Counted from the stretch's first letter, positions 11,791-26,010 are shown. The stretch is DNA of 64,000 nt from Octopus bimaculoides (GCF_001194135.2 NC_068987.1:13537454-13601453), one strand, 5' to 3'. The notes: generated from the letters alone by a model not told the origin. Program-made: numbers and translations.

Positions 11791-14700
11791 ATAATCAGTG
11801 TCATTACACACACACAAATACATTATTTTTAATCTTGCCAGCTGAGCTGAATATGCTTTGCTAAGGAGGTCCAATAAGCCCAAAACAGGTTTGTAGCTTT
11901 CACCAGTTGACTTTAAAGACCAGATCCATTCCAATCTGCATTGTCTACATGGTCCAAAGACTTTCACGAACTGATTTTATTAGGGATTAATTGCTCTTGC
12001 TTGTATTTGCATTCTTGTGTATTAACTCTCTCTCTCTCCTAGAGGAAGCTTTTACTTGCTAATTGCTTGGATAATCTTAGCTGAAGTTTCTGTTTCTTTT
12101 AATTCCCTATATTACATATGTGAAGCCCCTACCACTTCAGACCAGACAAGCAAGAGCCATACAAATGTAAGTGCTGTTTGTGGGTGTGAGCATAAGATTG
12201 AAGAGGTTGATGCGAAGAATAAACATTAGTTATTAAAGAGACATAACATCCAATCTTCTTTGACAAGAAAACAAAATGGTGTTAAATAAATAAATAAACA
12301 ATGACAACAGCAGTGTTAAAACACAATGCTTAATCTGAATATATTTATGTAGATATTCCAGTTGTCTTCAATTTTTATTTTCGAGTGAAAAAAAAAAGAA
12401 GATAATAATAACAATATGAAATATATAATATACAGCTTAAATGTGGAAATCTAAACATTCAATAGACAGCATTAGAAAAGATTATGAGGAACACTACCAG
12501 GTTCCATGCACTAAAATGGAGCAGTGATGACTACGAATAGTGATGTGCCCTTACACACACTGATTGTGCCCTTACATTGACTGATTATTACAAAAAGGTG
12601 GCCCTTGGAAAAATGAAATAACATGATAATTGAAACCTTCCCAGATTAAATAAACTTTTATTGTCAGTTGAACTTGAAATCAAGGAAATGTTTTGCAGGT
12701 CAGAACAGCAAAAAAATATATATGTGAATATATATATATACACACACACACANNNNNNNNNNNNNNNNNNNNNNNNNNNNNNNNNNNNNNNNNNNNNNNN
12801 NNNNNNNNNNNNNNNNNNNNNNNNNNNNNNNNNNNNNNNNNNNNNNNNNNNNNNNNNNNNNNNNNNNNNNNNNNNNNNNNNNNNNNNNNNNNNATATATA
12901 TATATAACCCAAACATTGTTTAAGAAAATATTAGTAAATTTCTTATTTCATTTTTTTCCCTCCCTTCCTCTTTTTTTATTACAAAAAATTTTTAATGAGA
13001 TAGAGATAAACTATCTTCTGGATATATGCTGCAATATGCTTATATTCTTATTGCACAGATAATGAGAAATATATATTTTTTCTGCAACCAATTCAACTTA
13101 GTTTTGAGACACTAAGAAGAAAAATTCTTTTAAAAGACAATTAGCTTATCACAGCCTTTATACATATGTGTATATATATATATATGCTTTTATCACTAAT
13201 GAATTATATGATCAAAGTTTTGTACTTTTGATACACTAATATATCTCTAAGGCTGAAAAATAAACAGTGTTAACTGATAAACGGAAATTCTTTTGAAGAT
13301 GAAAAAAACCTTAATTTGATCAAATGCATTTTATATTTATATTTCATGTGTTGCATTTTGCATGCCTTGTAGACTATGCATTTTATACAAACTACAGCCA
13401 ATGAATGTCTGTAGTATAACTGAAGATATCTCTAATTGTTTCATCTCAATGGAATATCACATAGCTGGAGAGAAGAAAAAATGTTTTCCTGTTATAAGAC
13501 TGAGATTCTATGTGGAAATCATACTTATTATGCTAATTTCTATTTTTCCAATTGTTTTGTCAATTGTACATTGTTCAAAACAGATGCACACCTTGTTGGG
13601 AGTCAGTGAAAGATGGTGTAAAAAACACAAACAGGCTCAGCAGAAGTGGAGTACTCACCTGAGATCCTCTAGCATTCTAGTGATAAGAAAAAATACTTGT
13701 TAACCTTGGCTAATATTTAGTGATAGCAAATCAACTCATACACCAGTCAAGGTTTTTAGGCACATAAATATGGGTTGGTTCTGGAGTGGACAATCGATAT
13801 AGGTTGGACAAATGGTATTTGCAAATGTCTCCAATGTTGCTACCAGTCTACCATTATTTAGCATTCCCAGAATACCAGTGGAAAGTGGAACAGGTTCATT
13901 AAACACTTTGATAAAGAATATTCACAATAACATTTTAATTCCATCCTCTTCCAATAGTAAAGTGCTCCTTTGATTGTTGCTATTTTGAACCGCAGAATTC
14001 ATAATGAAAATAAAACAGCTCGAAGGCACTAATTGAAAGTGCCTGAGAAATAAACTGCAGCACTTGTAATTACAAACTGTAATGGGAACTGTTTCTACAG
14101 GAAAAAATTTAGAGCACAAGCAGCTAATGCTATTGTTATATTTTGATTCATGAAACTGCACTTAACCTGCCAGAGAGAAGGGTATGATGCTGCACCATGA
14201 GCAGAAGAGGAGTCTTAACACTGTGAGCGAAAGCAAAATAATAGAATTTGTAGAGAAATCAGTCCAATGCCTGCTCTTATTGATCTACCAATATATTTGC
14301 TTCCTAATTGAGCAAACTAGAAAGAGTGCAATTGCTAGTCTTTCAATTAATTTAACATAGAGTTAATATAGAAAATTGTCTAAGAATCATAGTAGCCGGA
14401 ACTTGTTTTATTCTCGTATTATTAATGTAATAACCTACAACTATTGAAATCATATTCCCCCCTTTTGTGGGCATTGGTTACTTTCAATATATGAGTTAAG
14501 CTAATAAAAACTGCATCAATTAAACAGAGCAGGAAAAAACTGTGAATTAAATATCACTATTCAAATTTCAGGTTTTGTTTCATGAAACTTCAAGTCAGAA
14601 ACCACCTGCAGTATGAAATTTTAGAATAGATTGGGCTAATGCTATACAAAGATTGATATTTTACAGATAATTGTACTTAATAATTGGTGTTGGGAAATTT

Positions 14701-16284
14701 TAACGAATATATTTTCAATACAGCCAGCAGTTACTTATATGGAAATATGGAGAAAGAAAATTACCTAAAGCAATATCAATATTATTAATTTTTTTTTATT
14801 TACATATTTTGAAGAATATCAATAAATTACTTTGTGGCTTACAAAAGGGTTTGTTATTTTCCATACAGTATTCTGTCTAATTATTTCTTTGGCTTTCCTT
14901 TTGAAGATGGCAGTACTTTTTAATTTGATCAAATGTAGTGTAATGTATTTTTATACAAGGTTCTTTTTCTTTTTCAAATTAAAATATAAGATGATAATTA
15001 CTGAATATTTATTTTATTACAGAGATTTAATGATTATTTATATTGTATTGAATTTAATAAAAAAAAATATCTCATATGGTTTAAGGAGGGGGACACACAC
15101 ATCTTTTGTGTTTTTCTATTACTTTAACTCCAAAAAATCATTTAATTTATAAACTTTTATATTATTATTACAATGTTCAAACCTACATTTTAAGTGAAAC
15201 CTAAAGTTTTATATCCTAATTCAGATTTATGAATGATAGCATATATATACCTAGCTATAGCTTGTATGACAGGAAATATCAAACAAAACTATTTCATTTA
15301 ACACTGTTTTGATTATTTTCTTTTGTAAAGCAATATTTGCATTTTTAGCTTTCATATTTTATCTTTATACTTTCATACAAATAAAATATTTTTACCCCTG
15401 CATTATCACCATCTGAGACAACTGTCTGATATGCATTTTGTACTGAGAGACCTTCAAGCTCAGTCACAGTGTACAGTCATACATATTTTATACATTATCA
15501 GATATGGATAGTTGTTAACTAAAAGGATTTTTCATAATAGTAGCATGCTGAGAATTTATTAAATAATAATGCTACATCAAAAACCTAAAGCCAGACCAAT
15601 TTCAATTTTGATTGATTCCAAATTGTCATGTGTAATGTAACCTCCTGGAGAACTGAGTTGATTCCTTTGTACTTAGAGGACAATACGTTTGAATACAGGT
15701 ACTATCTTAGTAGAAGTATTTAGATATAATTAATCCTCACATTAAGAGCTTTTAACTTCTAAAGTTTTCTTTTAGTAACTATGTACCTAATTTAGACACT
15801 GAATATGAGTTTTCCAAATAATCATACTTCCCAAGAGTAATATGACTGATTCTAAATAGAGAATAGGATCCATAAAACATGTGAGAATAAACAAGTCTCA
15901 TAGGTAATTTGTGGGAATCCTGAAAATATTGACAACAACAGTTAGAACTGGTGCCAACGATCCAGTGTACAATCATGAATACAGAGAATGTCTCCATCTT
16001 GAATTTTATATTTTAATCTATACAGAGTTTGAGCGTTTAATATCTAATTGTGATAATAATTAAACAGAAAAAAATATATTAACTTCTTTCTAATTTTATA
16101 AACTTTAGCTAATCAAATTAGTTTATAAACTAATTAAAAACAAAAAAAAAAATTGAAAAACATGGTACAAAAATGATTAAAAATATATTGGAAAAGTTTT
16201 AAAATTGAAGACTTTCATTATGAGAGAAAACCCAAATGTGGATAATATGGTTGGAAAAGAAAGGAGAAAATAGCTTGTCCTTAC

Positions 16285-16419
16285 CTGATTAAGAGCTTCC
16301 ATTCGCTGTGCGAGTTCAGCCTCTACTGTTGGTAGAGCTTCTGCCTTACGTAACGATTGCTGCAGTTTCTGTTCTGACAATTCTAATTTTTCTTGAATAA
16401 CTCTTATTTTTTCTTCACT
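16285..16419 (-). CDS. Liprin-alpha: Liprin-alpha internal exon 4 of 5 (135 nt, phase 0-0): [45 protein letters not shown]
   Basis: Acceptor ctcttatttttccag| and donor |gtaagg. [24 protein letters not shown] liprin-alpha motif. Confidence 0.97.
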
Positions 16420-18234
16420 CTGGAAAAATAAGAGGGTTGGGTACAAAATAAAGATATGTTAAAAATTAGTGTTTTTTTTTTTTAAATTTCAATTGAAATA
16501 TGAAGTAACAACAAGAGATAGGGAGTACAATATCGTTTGGGAGAAGCATGGAGTTAAAGAATCACACACTAGATTTATGGTGAGTGGAAGTGTTTTACAA
16601 AGTGCATATATTATTTTTTAGAAGCACCATAACCAGTACAAATGAAAGTGTGGCGTTATGGTTTAAGAAGTCTGCTTCACAACCACATGGTCATAGTTTT
16701 GTTCACAATGTATGGCACCCACAGCAAGTGTTTTCTATCATAGCCTCAGATTGACCAAAGACATATAAGTGGAATTTGGTAGTATGAACCTGTGTGAAAG
16801 CCTGTTGAGTATCTCAATATGGAATTGGAGAAATCATCAACATGCTGCTGCCGCCATCTAAGACACATAGTAATTGCTTATAAACCAGACATTACAGAAT
16901 ATGGCATGAAGCATCAACTTCTGTACCACAGAACCAGCTGAACATTTGATATTTGTACTGATTGCTGACATTGCAGAATAATGCTGTTCTATAAATGTTT
17001 AACAAATAGAAAATAAATTTATGTCTGACAACAGACTATAAAATAAATAGGAATTCATGTGTTTCGTCTGAAAGATTCATCTAAAAATTTCCTCTAATAG
17101 CTCTTATTGATAAACTAACACCTACATGATGATGATGATGATGATATTTAATACTATTTTTCAAGTGGAACTGTTGATCTAATTGAACAATTTACAGAAT
17201 TTTACACAAATAAATTAATTAAAACAGTTAATTGAAAGTTTTCCATAATTTCATTACAGAACTTACCAGTTAATAAAAGCAACAATTTATCAAGAATAAA
17301 AGCATCCACTTATATTATATACTACTTATAAGCATATTGATTATTTATTGGTTCAGTTGATTGATTTTGACACTAAATGTACATTCAACACTTAAAACAT
17401 TTAATCGTAGAATATAATTTAAAAAAAATATTTTTGCTTTAAAATCAACCAATACTGCTATAACAGTTTTGGAAATATTTTCTTTTTTTTTTTTTTTATT
17501 TAAAATAAATATTTTGATAATAATCTTATCACAACATAAAAATATTATATGCAATATGATTGATGAAAAAAATGAGAAGCAAAACTGGCCGAGACCAAAG
17601 AGAGATGCACAGCAAATTCCCAAAGCCTGGCATAATCTATGAAGCTTGTGTGATGTCTCTTGAGTAAGCTCACCAATTATTACACCTGCAAATTAACTTA
17701 AATAAACTACGAGAAAGACTGCAGAAGTTAAATTAAATAAGAACTTTAATACAAAGTTTAACTTCACTGTTTTCTACTACATCAAATGGAACATTTAAAT
17801 ATGGTTTAGCACTAATTTAGGTGAAAAAAAAAACTTTTTAAAAAATCTATTATTTTCTATACTGATCAAATTAAACAACTTTTATGGAAAACCATGAGGA
17901 AAAAAAATATAGATTGTTTTAATGGAATTTGATTTAAAAAGTGAAAGACAGATGGGAGAAAATGAACAGCAAAAAGATATATTACAGTTTCAGATACTTT
18001 AAAAATCTTTCTTTTCGAAAAAAAACTTTGATAGACTTTTTAAAATATTAGGTAAAAGTGCTTAAAAAGTGGGTTTACTAAAAGATACAGAGACAGGTTA
18101 TTTTTACTCACACATATACCTAGAGCAAATGATAAATAACACTTCTTAAATCCTTGTATCTGTATTGCTCAACCACAAAGACCACTACAAGATGGTCCTT
18201 GGTGTATTACTGGTTATCAATTTATGACTTCTGG

Positions 18235-18620
18235 AAGGCAGTGAGCTGGCAGAAACGTTAGCACACCAGGCAAAATGCTTAGTGGTATTTTGTCTATATG
18301 TTCTGAGTTCAAATTCTGCCAAGGTTGACTTTGCTTTCCATCCATTCAGGGTCGATAAATTAAGTACCAGTTGCGTACTGGGTCAATATAATCGACTGGC
18401 CTCCTCCCCAAAAATTTTGGGCCTTGTGCCTGGAGTAGAAAAGCTTAGTGGTATTTCTTTTGGCTTTTTGTGTTCTAAATCCAAATCCCACTGAAGTCAA
18501 TTCTACCAGTCATCCTTTCAGGATCGTTAAAATAAGTAGCAGTCAAATACTCAGGTCGATATAATCAACTACCACCCCACCTCACTAAACTTGCTGGCCT
18601 TGTACCAAAATTTGAAAGAA
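18235..18620 (+). mobile_element. SINE family C, two copies head-to-tail (second lacks the head)
   Basis: aaggcagtgagctggcagaaacgttagcac...ttctgagttcaaattctgcc (B-box-like GAGTTCAAAT)...gggtcgataaattaagtaccag; the body is repeated from about 18443. Confidence 0.85.
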
Positions 18621-18951
18621 TTATTACTATCATCATCATGATAATAATGGTCAATAATAATAATAATAATAATAATATTAATAATGATAATAATTCCAGA
18701 AGTGTCTTATTAATACATGGTGATAACATCTGGCACCTTATCAAAGAATGTTATTATGAAACAAGAAATCAATATACTTAGACTGAATATGGAAAACTTG
18801 TGTGAGAAAAAAAATATTTATCTTAAAAGTTAATTGATTATTATTAATCAGCTATAGTCATCTTTTCTTTTCCTTTTTTTCTTTTTCCAATCAGAACAGA
18901 AAGTATAGTAAAAGATGCATACAGCTATTGGCTCAAAGATTTTACATGATG

Positions 18952-18999
<48 letters not shown>

Positions 19000-19413
19000 G
19001 CAGCAACAATACTGCTGATCAAATGTTAAACAATATGTAACCAGCCAAACAGACGCTGAGTTGACCATCTGAGCAACTCATCAAAGCCTTTACCTGCTGC
19101 AGTAAACATCTATTCACTTGCTTCACAGGTTTACGTTGGAAAGATCATAATAAAGGCCAATTGATAAAGAGAGAGGGAGAGAGAGATATGAAACCAGGAA
19201 CGGTATTCAATTGCAAAATTGTGCAAAGGGAGAGAGGTGGTGGCCGGCGGGGGAGGGGTTCTGTTGGAAAAATAATGAGAAGTCATAGCAAAAATGAAAA
19301 TAACAATGTGGGAATTTTTCTCATAAACAGAGTAAAAGAAAAAGTTTCTGAACAATTAATTCAAAGGAGAAAACGGTAAAGATAAGTAAGCGCAAAAGAG
19401 ATGGGTAACTTAC

Positions 19414-19560
19414 AGCCTTTAACTGCGATTCTTTTGAGGCGAGTTCATTTTCTAATTTATCATTCAAGTCATGTAAAGACGTGGACTCCCTCTGAGCATT
19501 AATATACCGTTTTTCTAAAGTTGCTATTCTTTCTTCTTGATCTTCTTTTTGTGCAACAGA
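19414..19560 (-). CDS. Liprin-alpha: Liprin-alpha internal exon 3 of 5 (147 nt, phase 0-0): [49 protein letters not shown]
   Basis: Acceptor ttcatcttccttgcag| and donor |gtaagt. [32 protein letters not shown] is the hallmark liprin-alpha coiled-coil motif. Confidence 0.97.
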
Positions 19561-19865
19561 CTGCAAGGAAGATGAATAAGGGGGTGAAAAAAGATATTAT
19601 AGTTCATACATACATAATGCTAAAAAAAAACAAACAAAAAAAAATATATATATAACAATAATAATGATGATGATGATGTTGATAAAAATAAATGAATGAA
19701 TTAAGAATGTTCCAATCCTGATCATCATTTGTTTTGTTTTTTTCTTTCTATTTTGAGGTACAATATTTATAGGACCACACTACAGAATATAATCTTTACT
19801 CTTTTAAGACAGCAGTGTAAGTTGAGGGAGGTTCAGTTGCTATATCTAGCAGGTTGAAGTGACAT

Positions 19866-20235
19866 TATTATTACCTCCACCTTAGCGAAGGTGGAGGTAT
19901 TGTTTTCAGTCTTGCTTGTTTGTTTCTTTGTCCGTGGACAAGATATTCCAAGAACTGCTGGATGGATTCGGATGAAACTTTCAGGGATGTTTGCCCTTGT
20001 GTCTGGCACAAACTGATTAGATTTTGGGACCGATTCAGTACTGGACAAGGATTCTGGATTATTTTTCCGGTTTTTTAACTTAATTTTTGAGAGTGGTCGG
20101 GTTCATTTTTAGTATTCTCGTTTGTGAGAGCAGTCCAGTTTATTTCAGATATTCTCATTTTTAAAATCTTCTCTGGCTAATCATTGAGAGGACATTGGTG
20201 TTGCCTTGGCAGAGGTTTGCACTCTGAGTGGTCTT
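19866..20235 (+). mobile_element. DINE-1/HINE-like non-autonomous Helentron derivative
   Basis: 5' perfect hairpin acctccacctt-agcg-aaggtggaggt (19873-19898), then a GTYY-like microsatellite (cttgcttgtttgtttctttgtccg), a 3' subterminal inverted copy ccttggcagaggt and a small terminal hairpin cactc-t-gagtg. Sits in a (TTA)n context with no TSD. Confidence 0.6.
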
Positions 20236-20312
20236 ATTATTATCATTATTATTATGATCATCATCATAGTAGTTTAAGTTGACTACTTTTACATAACTTC
20301 AAAATTTTTGCA

Positions 20313-20572
20313 TGGGTAGGAGTGACTGTGTGGTAAGTAGTTTGCTTACCAACCACATGGTTCCAGGTTCAGTCCCACTGCATGGCACCGTGGGCCGATG
20401 AAAGCCTTGTGAATGGAGTTGGTAGACAGAAACTGAAAGAAGCCCGTCGTATATATGTATATATATACATGTATATGTGTGTGTGTGTTTGTCCCCTCAA
20501 CATCACTTGACAACCAATGCTGGTGTGTTTACGTCCTCGTAACCTAGCGGTTCGGCAAAAGAGACCGATAAA
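20313..20572 (+). mobile_element. SINE family A with intact tRNA-like head
   Basis: ggagtgactgtgtggtaagtagtttgcttaccaaccacatggttccaggttcagtcccactgc (A- and B-box-like), then the family A body. Confidence 0.85.
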
Positions 20573-20921
20573 GTGTGTGTGTGTATGTGTGTGTATACAT
20601 ACATACACGTATGTGTATGTATATTTTGCAAACATACACACACATATATCATATGCCAGCATGGAAGGTGGATGTTAAACGATAATGATGTATGTATGTA
20701 TGTATGTATGTATATATGTATGCGTGTGTGTGTGTGTGTGTGTGTCTATTTACATTTTGATGCTGCAAGTGGTGGTGTTTTCACTGCCCGCACACCTCAA
20801 ACCTTCATAGACATGTGAAATAAGAGACCCAGAGATCCATTATTTGAAAAACAGGTAAGGGTTAGTGTCAGGGAGGATAGTAAAATAATGCCCCAATAAT
20901 GCATTCAGCTGGATGCCAAAT

Positions 20922-20967
<46 letters not shown>

Positions 20968-22336
20968 ATAAAGATTGTGTTATAGGTTCTATGTAATGAA
21001 TACTGAAACATCTCCAGCAGAAAAGCCAAGCATGCCAGATTCAATATGGTGAATAATATTACATCCCAATGAAGTTAAACACATTCACATTATCTGCTGC
21101 TGAGTTTAAGCATTAAGTATTATGTAAATAATTCTGTACAACGAAACTCTCAATTACATTTGTAAGAAATAATCCAAGAAGAAAATATCAATAAAATTCC
21201 AAATAGGAACTGCTAGTATTTTGGAATATCGAGTAAGAATACGATGCAAATGAGACAAATTACTAAGTACAGTTAGATATTTTCCTTAAGAAACATAANN
21301 NNNNNNNNNNNNNNNNNNNNNNNNNNNNNNNNNNNNNNNNNNNNNNNNNNNNNNNNNNNNNNNNNNNNNNNNNNNNNNNNNNNNNNNNNNNNNNNNNNNN
21401 NNNNNNNNNNNNNNNNNNNNNNNNNNNNNNNNNNNNNNNNNNNNNNNNNNNNNNNNNNNNNNNNNNNNNNNNNNNNNNNNNNNNNNNNNNNNNNNNNNNN
21501 NNNNNNNNNNNNNNNNNNNNNNNNNNNNNNNNNNNNNNNNNNNNNNNNNNNNNNNNNNNNNNNNNNNNNNNNNNNNNNNNNNNNNNNNNNNNNNNNNNNN
21601 NNNNNNNNNNNNNNNNNNNNNNNNNNNNNNNNNNNNNNNNNNNNNNNNNNNNNNNNNNNNNNNNNNNNNNNNNNNNNNNNNNNNNNNNNNNNNNNNNNNN
21701 NNNNNNNNNNNNNNNNNNNNNNNNNNNNNNNNNNNNNNNNNNNNNNNNNNNNNNNNNNNNNNNNNNNNNNNNNNNNNNNNNNNNNNNNNNNNNNNNNNNN
21801 NNNNNNNNNNNNNNNNNNNNNNNNNNNNNNNNNNNNNNNNNNNNNNNNNNNNGTGTGTGTGTGTGTGATAGCTTTGCAACTTAATGGTACAGCAAAAAGA
21901 AACTGCTGGAATAACTGTCAAGCATAAAATATGTCTTGGGATTGATTTGATTGATTAAATTCTTTTGAGGCAGAACCCCAGCAGCCCAATGAAGGAAATG
22001 AGTAAAACACAAAAATGTGTGTGTACACATATATACACAAATATGAGCATACCTATACATACACAAACAAATATACAGGCTGCAGAAAACAACATGCAGT
22101 TAAATGCGGAAAAATTTTCAAATGCTGTCTTGAAGAATCAAATCTGAAATACCCTCTCATCCAAAATCAACAATTCCATTTTATGATAGTCTGCATTAGT
22201 AATTTAACAGTCAGAATGAAGACAGTGCAGACTAGAATTGCAATTCTATGCAAAAGTCAAGAAGCATCTTCATATGTAATGTAGTCCCAGATGGCTACGA
22301 AGTTGTTCCCTTTATCAGCATTATATACACTCTATT

Positions 22337-22369
<33 letters not shown>

Positions 22370-25019
22370 GTGCATGTGAGTGCATGAGAGAGAGAAAGTG
22401 AGACAGTGTGTTTGTGATGGAGAGTGGGATACTTATTGATTTTTGATCAAAATGCAACTAAGATTTCTAAATGATGGCATTTGCTTCAAAGAAGCTCTTA
22501 CATTGAATTATGCAACTTTTCAGTCCATTAAAAAAAATATATACTAAATTATTTCACTTTGAAAGAAAGAAAATAATAATAATAATAATGAAAAAAAAAA
22601 AAAAAAAAAAGAGTTTTGCATTTATACCACCGACTGTTATTTTGGTGAAACAGCAGTTTCGCATATCATTAGCTTAAAAAGGAATTAAATTCTTTACATT
22701 TTCATTTAAATCCAAAAATCACAGAGGGGAGAAACTCAAGTATATCGATGATTAAAAACATTTTCTAAGAATTATTTAGAAAATGAAATTGTAGACAAAA
22801 CTTTAAAAAAAAATTTTAATATAATATGATGAAATATAAACCCCTTCCGTGCAATGATGGTGGTGGTATGATATACGTGTACACCAAACACATACATAAT
22901 AACATGACACACACATTCAAACCTTTCAATATGTGAAAGAGGAAAAGGTGATGCAAACCATCTTCAGACTTATTCCACCCAAGAAGCCTGAACATTATTC
23001 TGAGCAAAAGGCTGCATATTATCACCTTTGAGATTAGTTACGTCACAATCTGCTTTCATCGCGAGTCAAATGAAGATGCATTTACAAATAGTCTATCCAA
23101 TTAGTATTAGCCACTGGCAAAATTATTCATTATCTGTACCACAAAACACAGCAAAGATATTTAAAATTTTCTTTTTTTTTTTTTTTNNNNNNNNNNAATT
23201 TTTTTTTTTTTTTTTTGCATGGAGATTTATACCAAGAAATAAAAAGAATGAAATACACACACACACACACACACACACATAAAACATTCATTCCAGTACA
23301 ACCAACTCTACAGCATTCATTTAATCTATGGAAACTGATTCATAGAGTTTCTAAGAAATTATGAGTTTTTAACTAGGATTAGAAATCACCAAATAAAATG
23401 TGTTCAGCAAAAATTGCCATGATGCCTTCCATGCCGAAAACAATCTGTAAAACTTTTAGCAAGGTTAACAAAATTAGGGCTAAGTTAGTTAAGAGAAATT
23501 CTATTAGATTAAGTACATTTTAATCTTAAGAAGCAACGATGGAAGCTTGTCCCTTGCAGCCAACAAAGAAGTATGAATTTCAGTAAATATTTTGATAAAG
23601 GTCATCTGAACTAAGTGGAAAGCTGAAACAGTCAAGATGAGTAAAAGAACATCAAAAAGGAATACACAGTAGATTTGCCTAGCGTATTATTACTTATAAT
23701 TCAGATCAGTGATGAGATTGACCATATTGAATATTTTTCAAAGGAAAAAAATAAAGAAAATTGTGCAATTCCTTTATAGTCATTTAGACATGAAAGACAA
23801 CCTGGGAAATATATCTTTTTTGTGTTGCCTGGTTTTAAATATAAACTACAAAAGCATGAAAGAAAGTAACAGCTATTACATTTTCAAAATTACATACCAG
23901 CTCTCATTTTATTTTATTCATGAACATTTCAAACAAACTATAAGGAAAAGGAACTGAGAATGTAAGCACCAAGACCATGACATAAAATGGTATCTGCTAC
24001 CAATCAACTGAAGACAGCTAGCCAAAGCATGGCAAAACTATAATTTGAAACGCATGGCAGAACTACAATTTAGAAATTATTTTCGAGTTTCTATTATATG
24101 AATAATGTCATCTCTTAGCCACCATGAAAACTTCATATGAAAAAATAAAAATTATTATTGCCTAAGAGTGAATCTAAAGACAAAAAATGTTAAAATATTC
24201 ATGTTTGCAGACAGCAACTATCGATGAAGCAGTAGGTCTTTAGAAATATATCACATTTTCTTTTTTTTCCAGAGAAATAAAAAATACACATGCTCATGTT
24301 TATCTGCTACTGAAACGTCACTACTTTACCTATCAAAATTTAAAGGCAATTTAATTTTCAATATTGAGCAAGACATTAGCTAATGTGTAGACTGATCATG
24401 AAAAGACGAAGTGTACACAAAGCCTATATAGCATACATGTATACTTAAAAAGAAAGTTAAAAAATGCAAAAAATGGTTATAATAGATTAGCTAAGATGGT
24501 GATTTGTTAGGCAAGGTTTCATTCAGTAGATTTTATTCAATGAACTGTTGGAAGGTGACACTAAAGATCAAATCAGATGCTATTTGACAATTGGAGATTA
24601 ATGTTGAATATTGTGGTCTATCAATGAAATTGTGAGTGTTTTTTTTTTATTCAATACTTCAGAAATAGGAATGACCTTTTCTAAACTGAAGAATCCTGAT
24701 AAAATAACTAATTTGTCTGAATAACTTTTTAACAGTGAAGTAAAATGGACATGTAAGTTAGCTGAACATAATCAATGTTCTTTCTATGTATTTCAGAATA
24801 TTGCTAAAACCAGATATAATGCTTAACTATTAAATAAGGTATCATAAATACAGTATCAGACTGGTAACCTATACTAAACAGGCTGTTCTTTTGGTCACAC
24901 AGCAGAGCACTTAGTTCAACAAATCGCACTTCACATTTTTTAATAAAAAAAAGAGAAAAAAAAAAAGAAAAAAAATTGACAACAATATCAAAATTTTTGA
25001 GAGAACTGGAATCCTATCC

Positions 25020-25705
25020 TCTTGTAGTAACAGCCAATGGATTTTCATATTTGAGAAAGCTGACGAGAACAGTGTTGCTACCCTTGACATCAGTAAGGTT
25101 TTCAACTGTGCCTGAAACCTAAATATCCTGCAAAGCTGTCCACCTATGGGTTCCATCTATGTCCTGATTCTTGTATCAGTAACTTCCTGAAAAATTGCAT
25201 CATTGCAGTACTCTCTCTTTCTCTCAACAACACTATCAACTCTGGTTTGCTCCAAGGTCCAGTTTTTGCCCTCCAACTCTTCTCCCTACCAATCAATAAC
25301 TTATATGTCAACACTTTCCACAATGCTCATTCCTACACATAATACCACCCTTCATTCCTCCCTGAAGGATCATCCACATTCAGCTTGGGAGGCACCTCTG
25401 CCAACCCCGCAATGAGTCCACGAACACAGACTGACCTTGAAAACCTCTTTCCAACTGGGTTGTGCTAAACTTGTCTCCTTCAACAGTATAAAGACAATCA
25501 TAATACTTATCAAGGAAACATTACTACACTCTTCACGAACACAAATAGCATGCATCAAGAACCCATAAAACTGCTGAAAATGCTGGCTTTCACTATCACA
25601 CAAGGTCTCTCCTGACAAGTGCACCTCTTCAATATAGCCAAAACTGCATTACAAAGACTGATTTTCTTTTTCAGAGCTAGGAAATACTTCAGACTCAAAC
25701 AGCTA
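25020..25705 (+). mobile_element. CR1/L2/Jockey-group LINE reverse-transcriptase relic
   Basis: Frame-disrupted blocks LDISKVFNC, KLSTYG, CISNFL, INSGLLQGPVFALQLFSLPINNL and HSY..NTTLH follow RT domains 3-5 in order (LDISKAFD, GVPQGSVL, YADD). Confidence 0.75.
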
Positions 25706-25834
25706 TTAGCCCTTCACACTGGAGCACACACAGACCATATTCTCCTAAAAGAAACTTGACTGATTGGTATATAGAATGTAAAGACAGACAAAATGCTGCT
25801 AAGCAGTATGCCTGGTATACTAACACCTCTGCCA

Positions 25835-25913
25835 GCTCACTGCCTTAATATAATAATAATATAATAAGGCTCACTGCCTTAATAATAATAATAATATAAT
25901 AAGGCTCACTGCC

Positions 25914-25962
<49 letters not shown>

Positions 25963-26010
25963 GGCTCACTGCCTTAATAATGATAATAATAGTAATAATA
26001 ATAATAATAA
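25835..26010. repeat. Four tandem copies of a 12-15-nt SINE C end (aaggctcactgcctt) separated by variable (TAA)n
   Basis: gctcactgcctt at 25835, 25869, 25904 and 25964. The first copy is the reverse-complemented head of a family C SINE (25795-25846). Confidence 0.9.

Noticed and set aside
20313-20385. tRNA-like sequences (also 30440-30510 and 39950-40020)
   Set aside because: They are SINE heads continuing into repeat bodies; no complete cloverleaf could be supported.
25835-26010. CRISPR-like repeat-spacer look
   Set aside because: Eukaryotic intron; the spacers are just (TAA)n, the repeat is a SINE end, and there are no cas genes.
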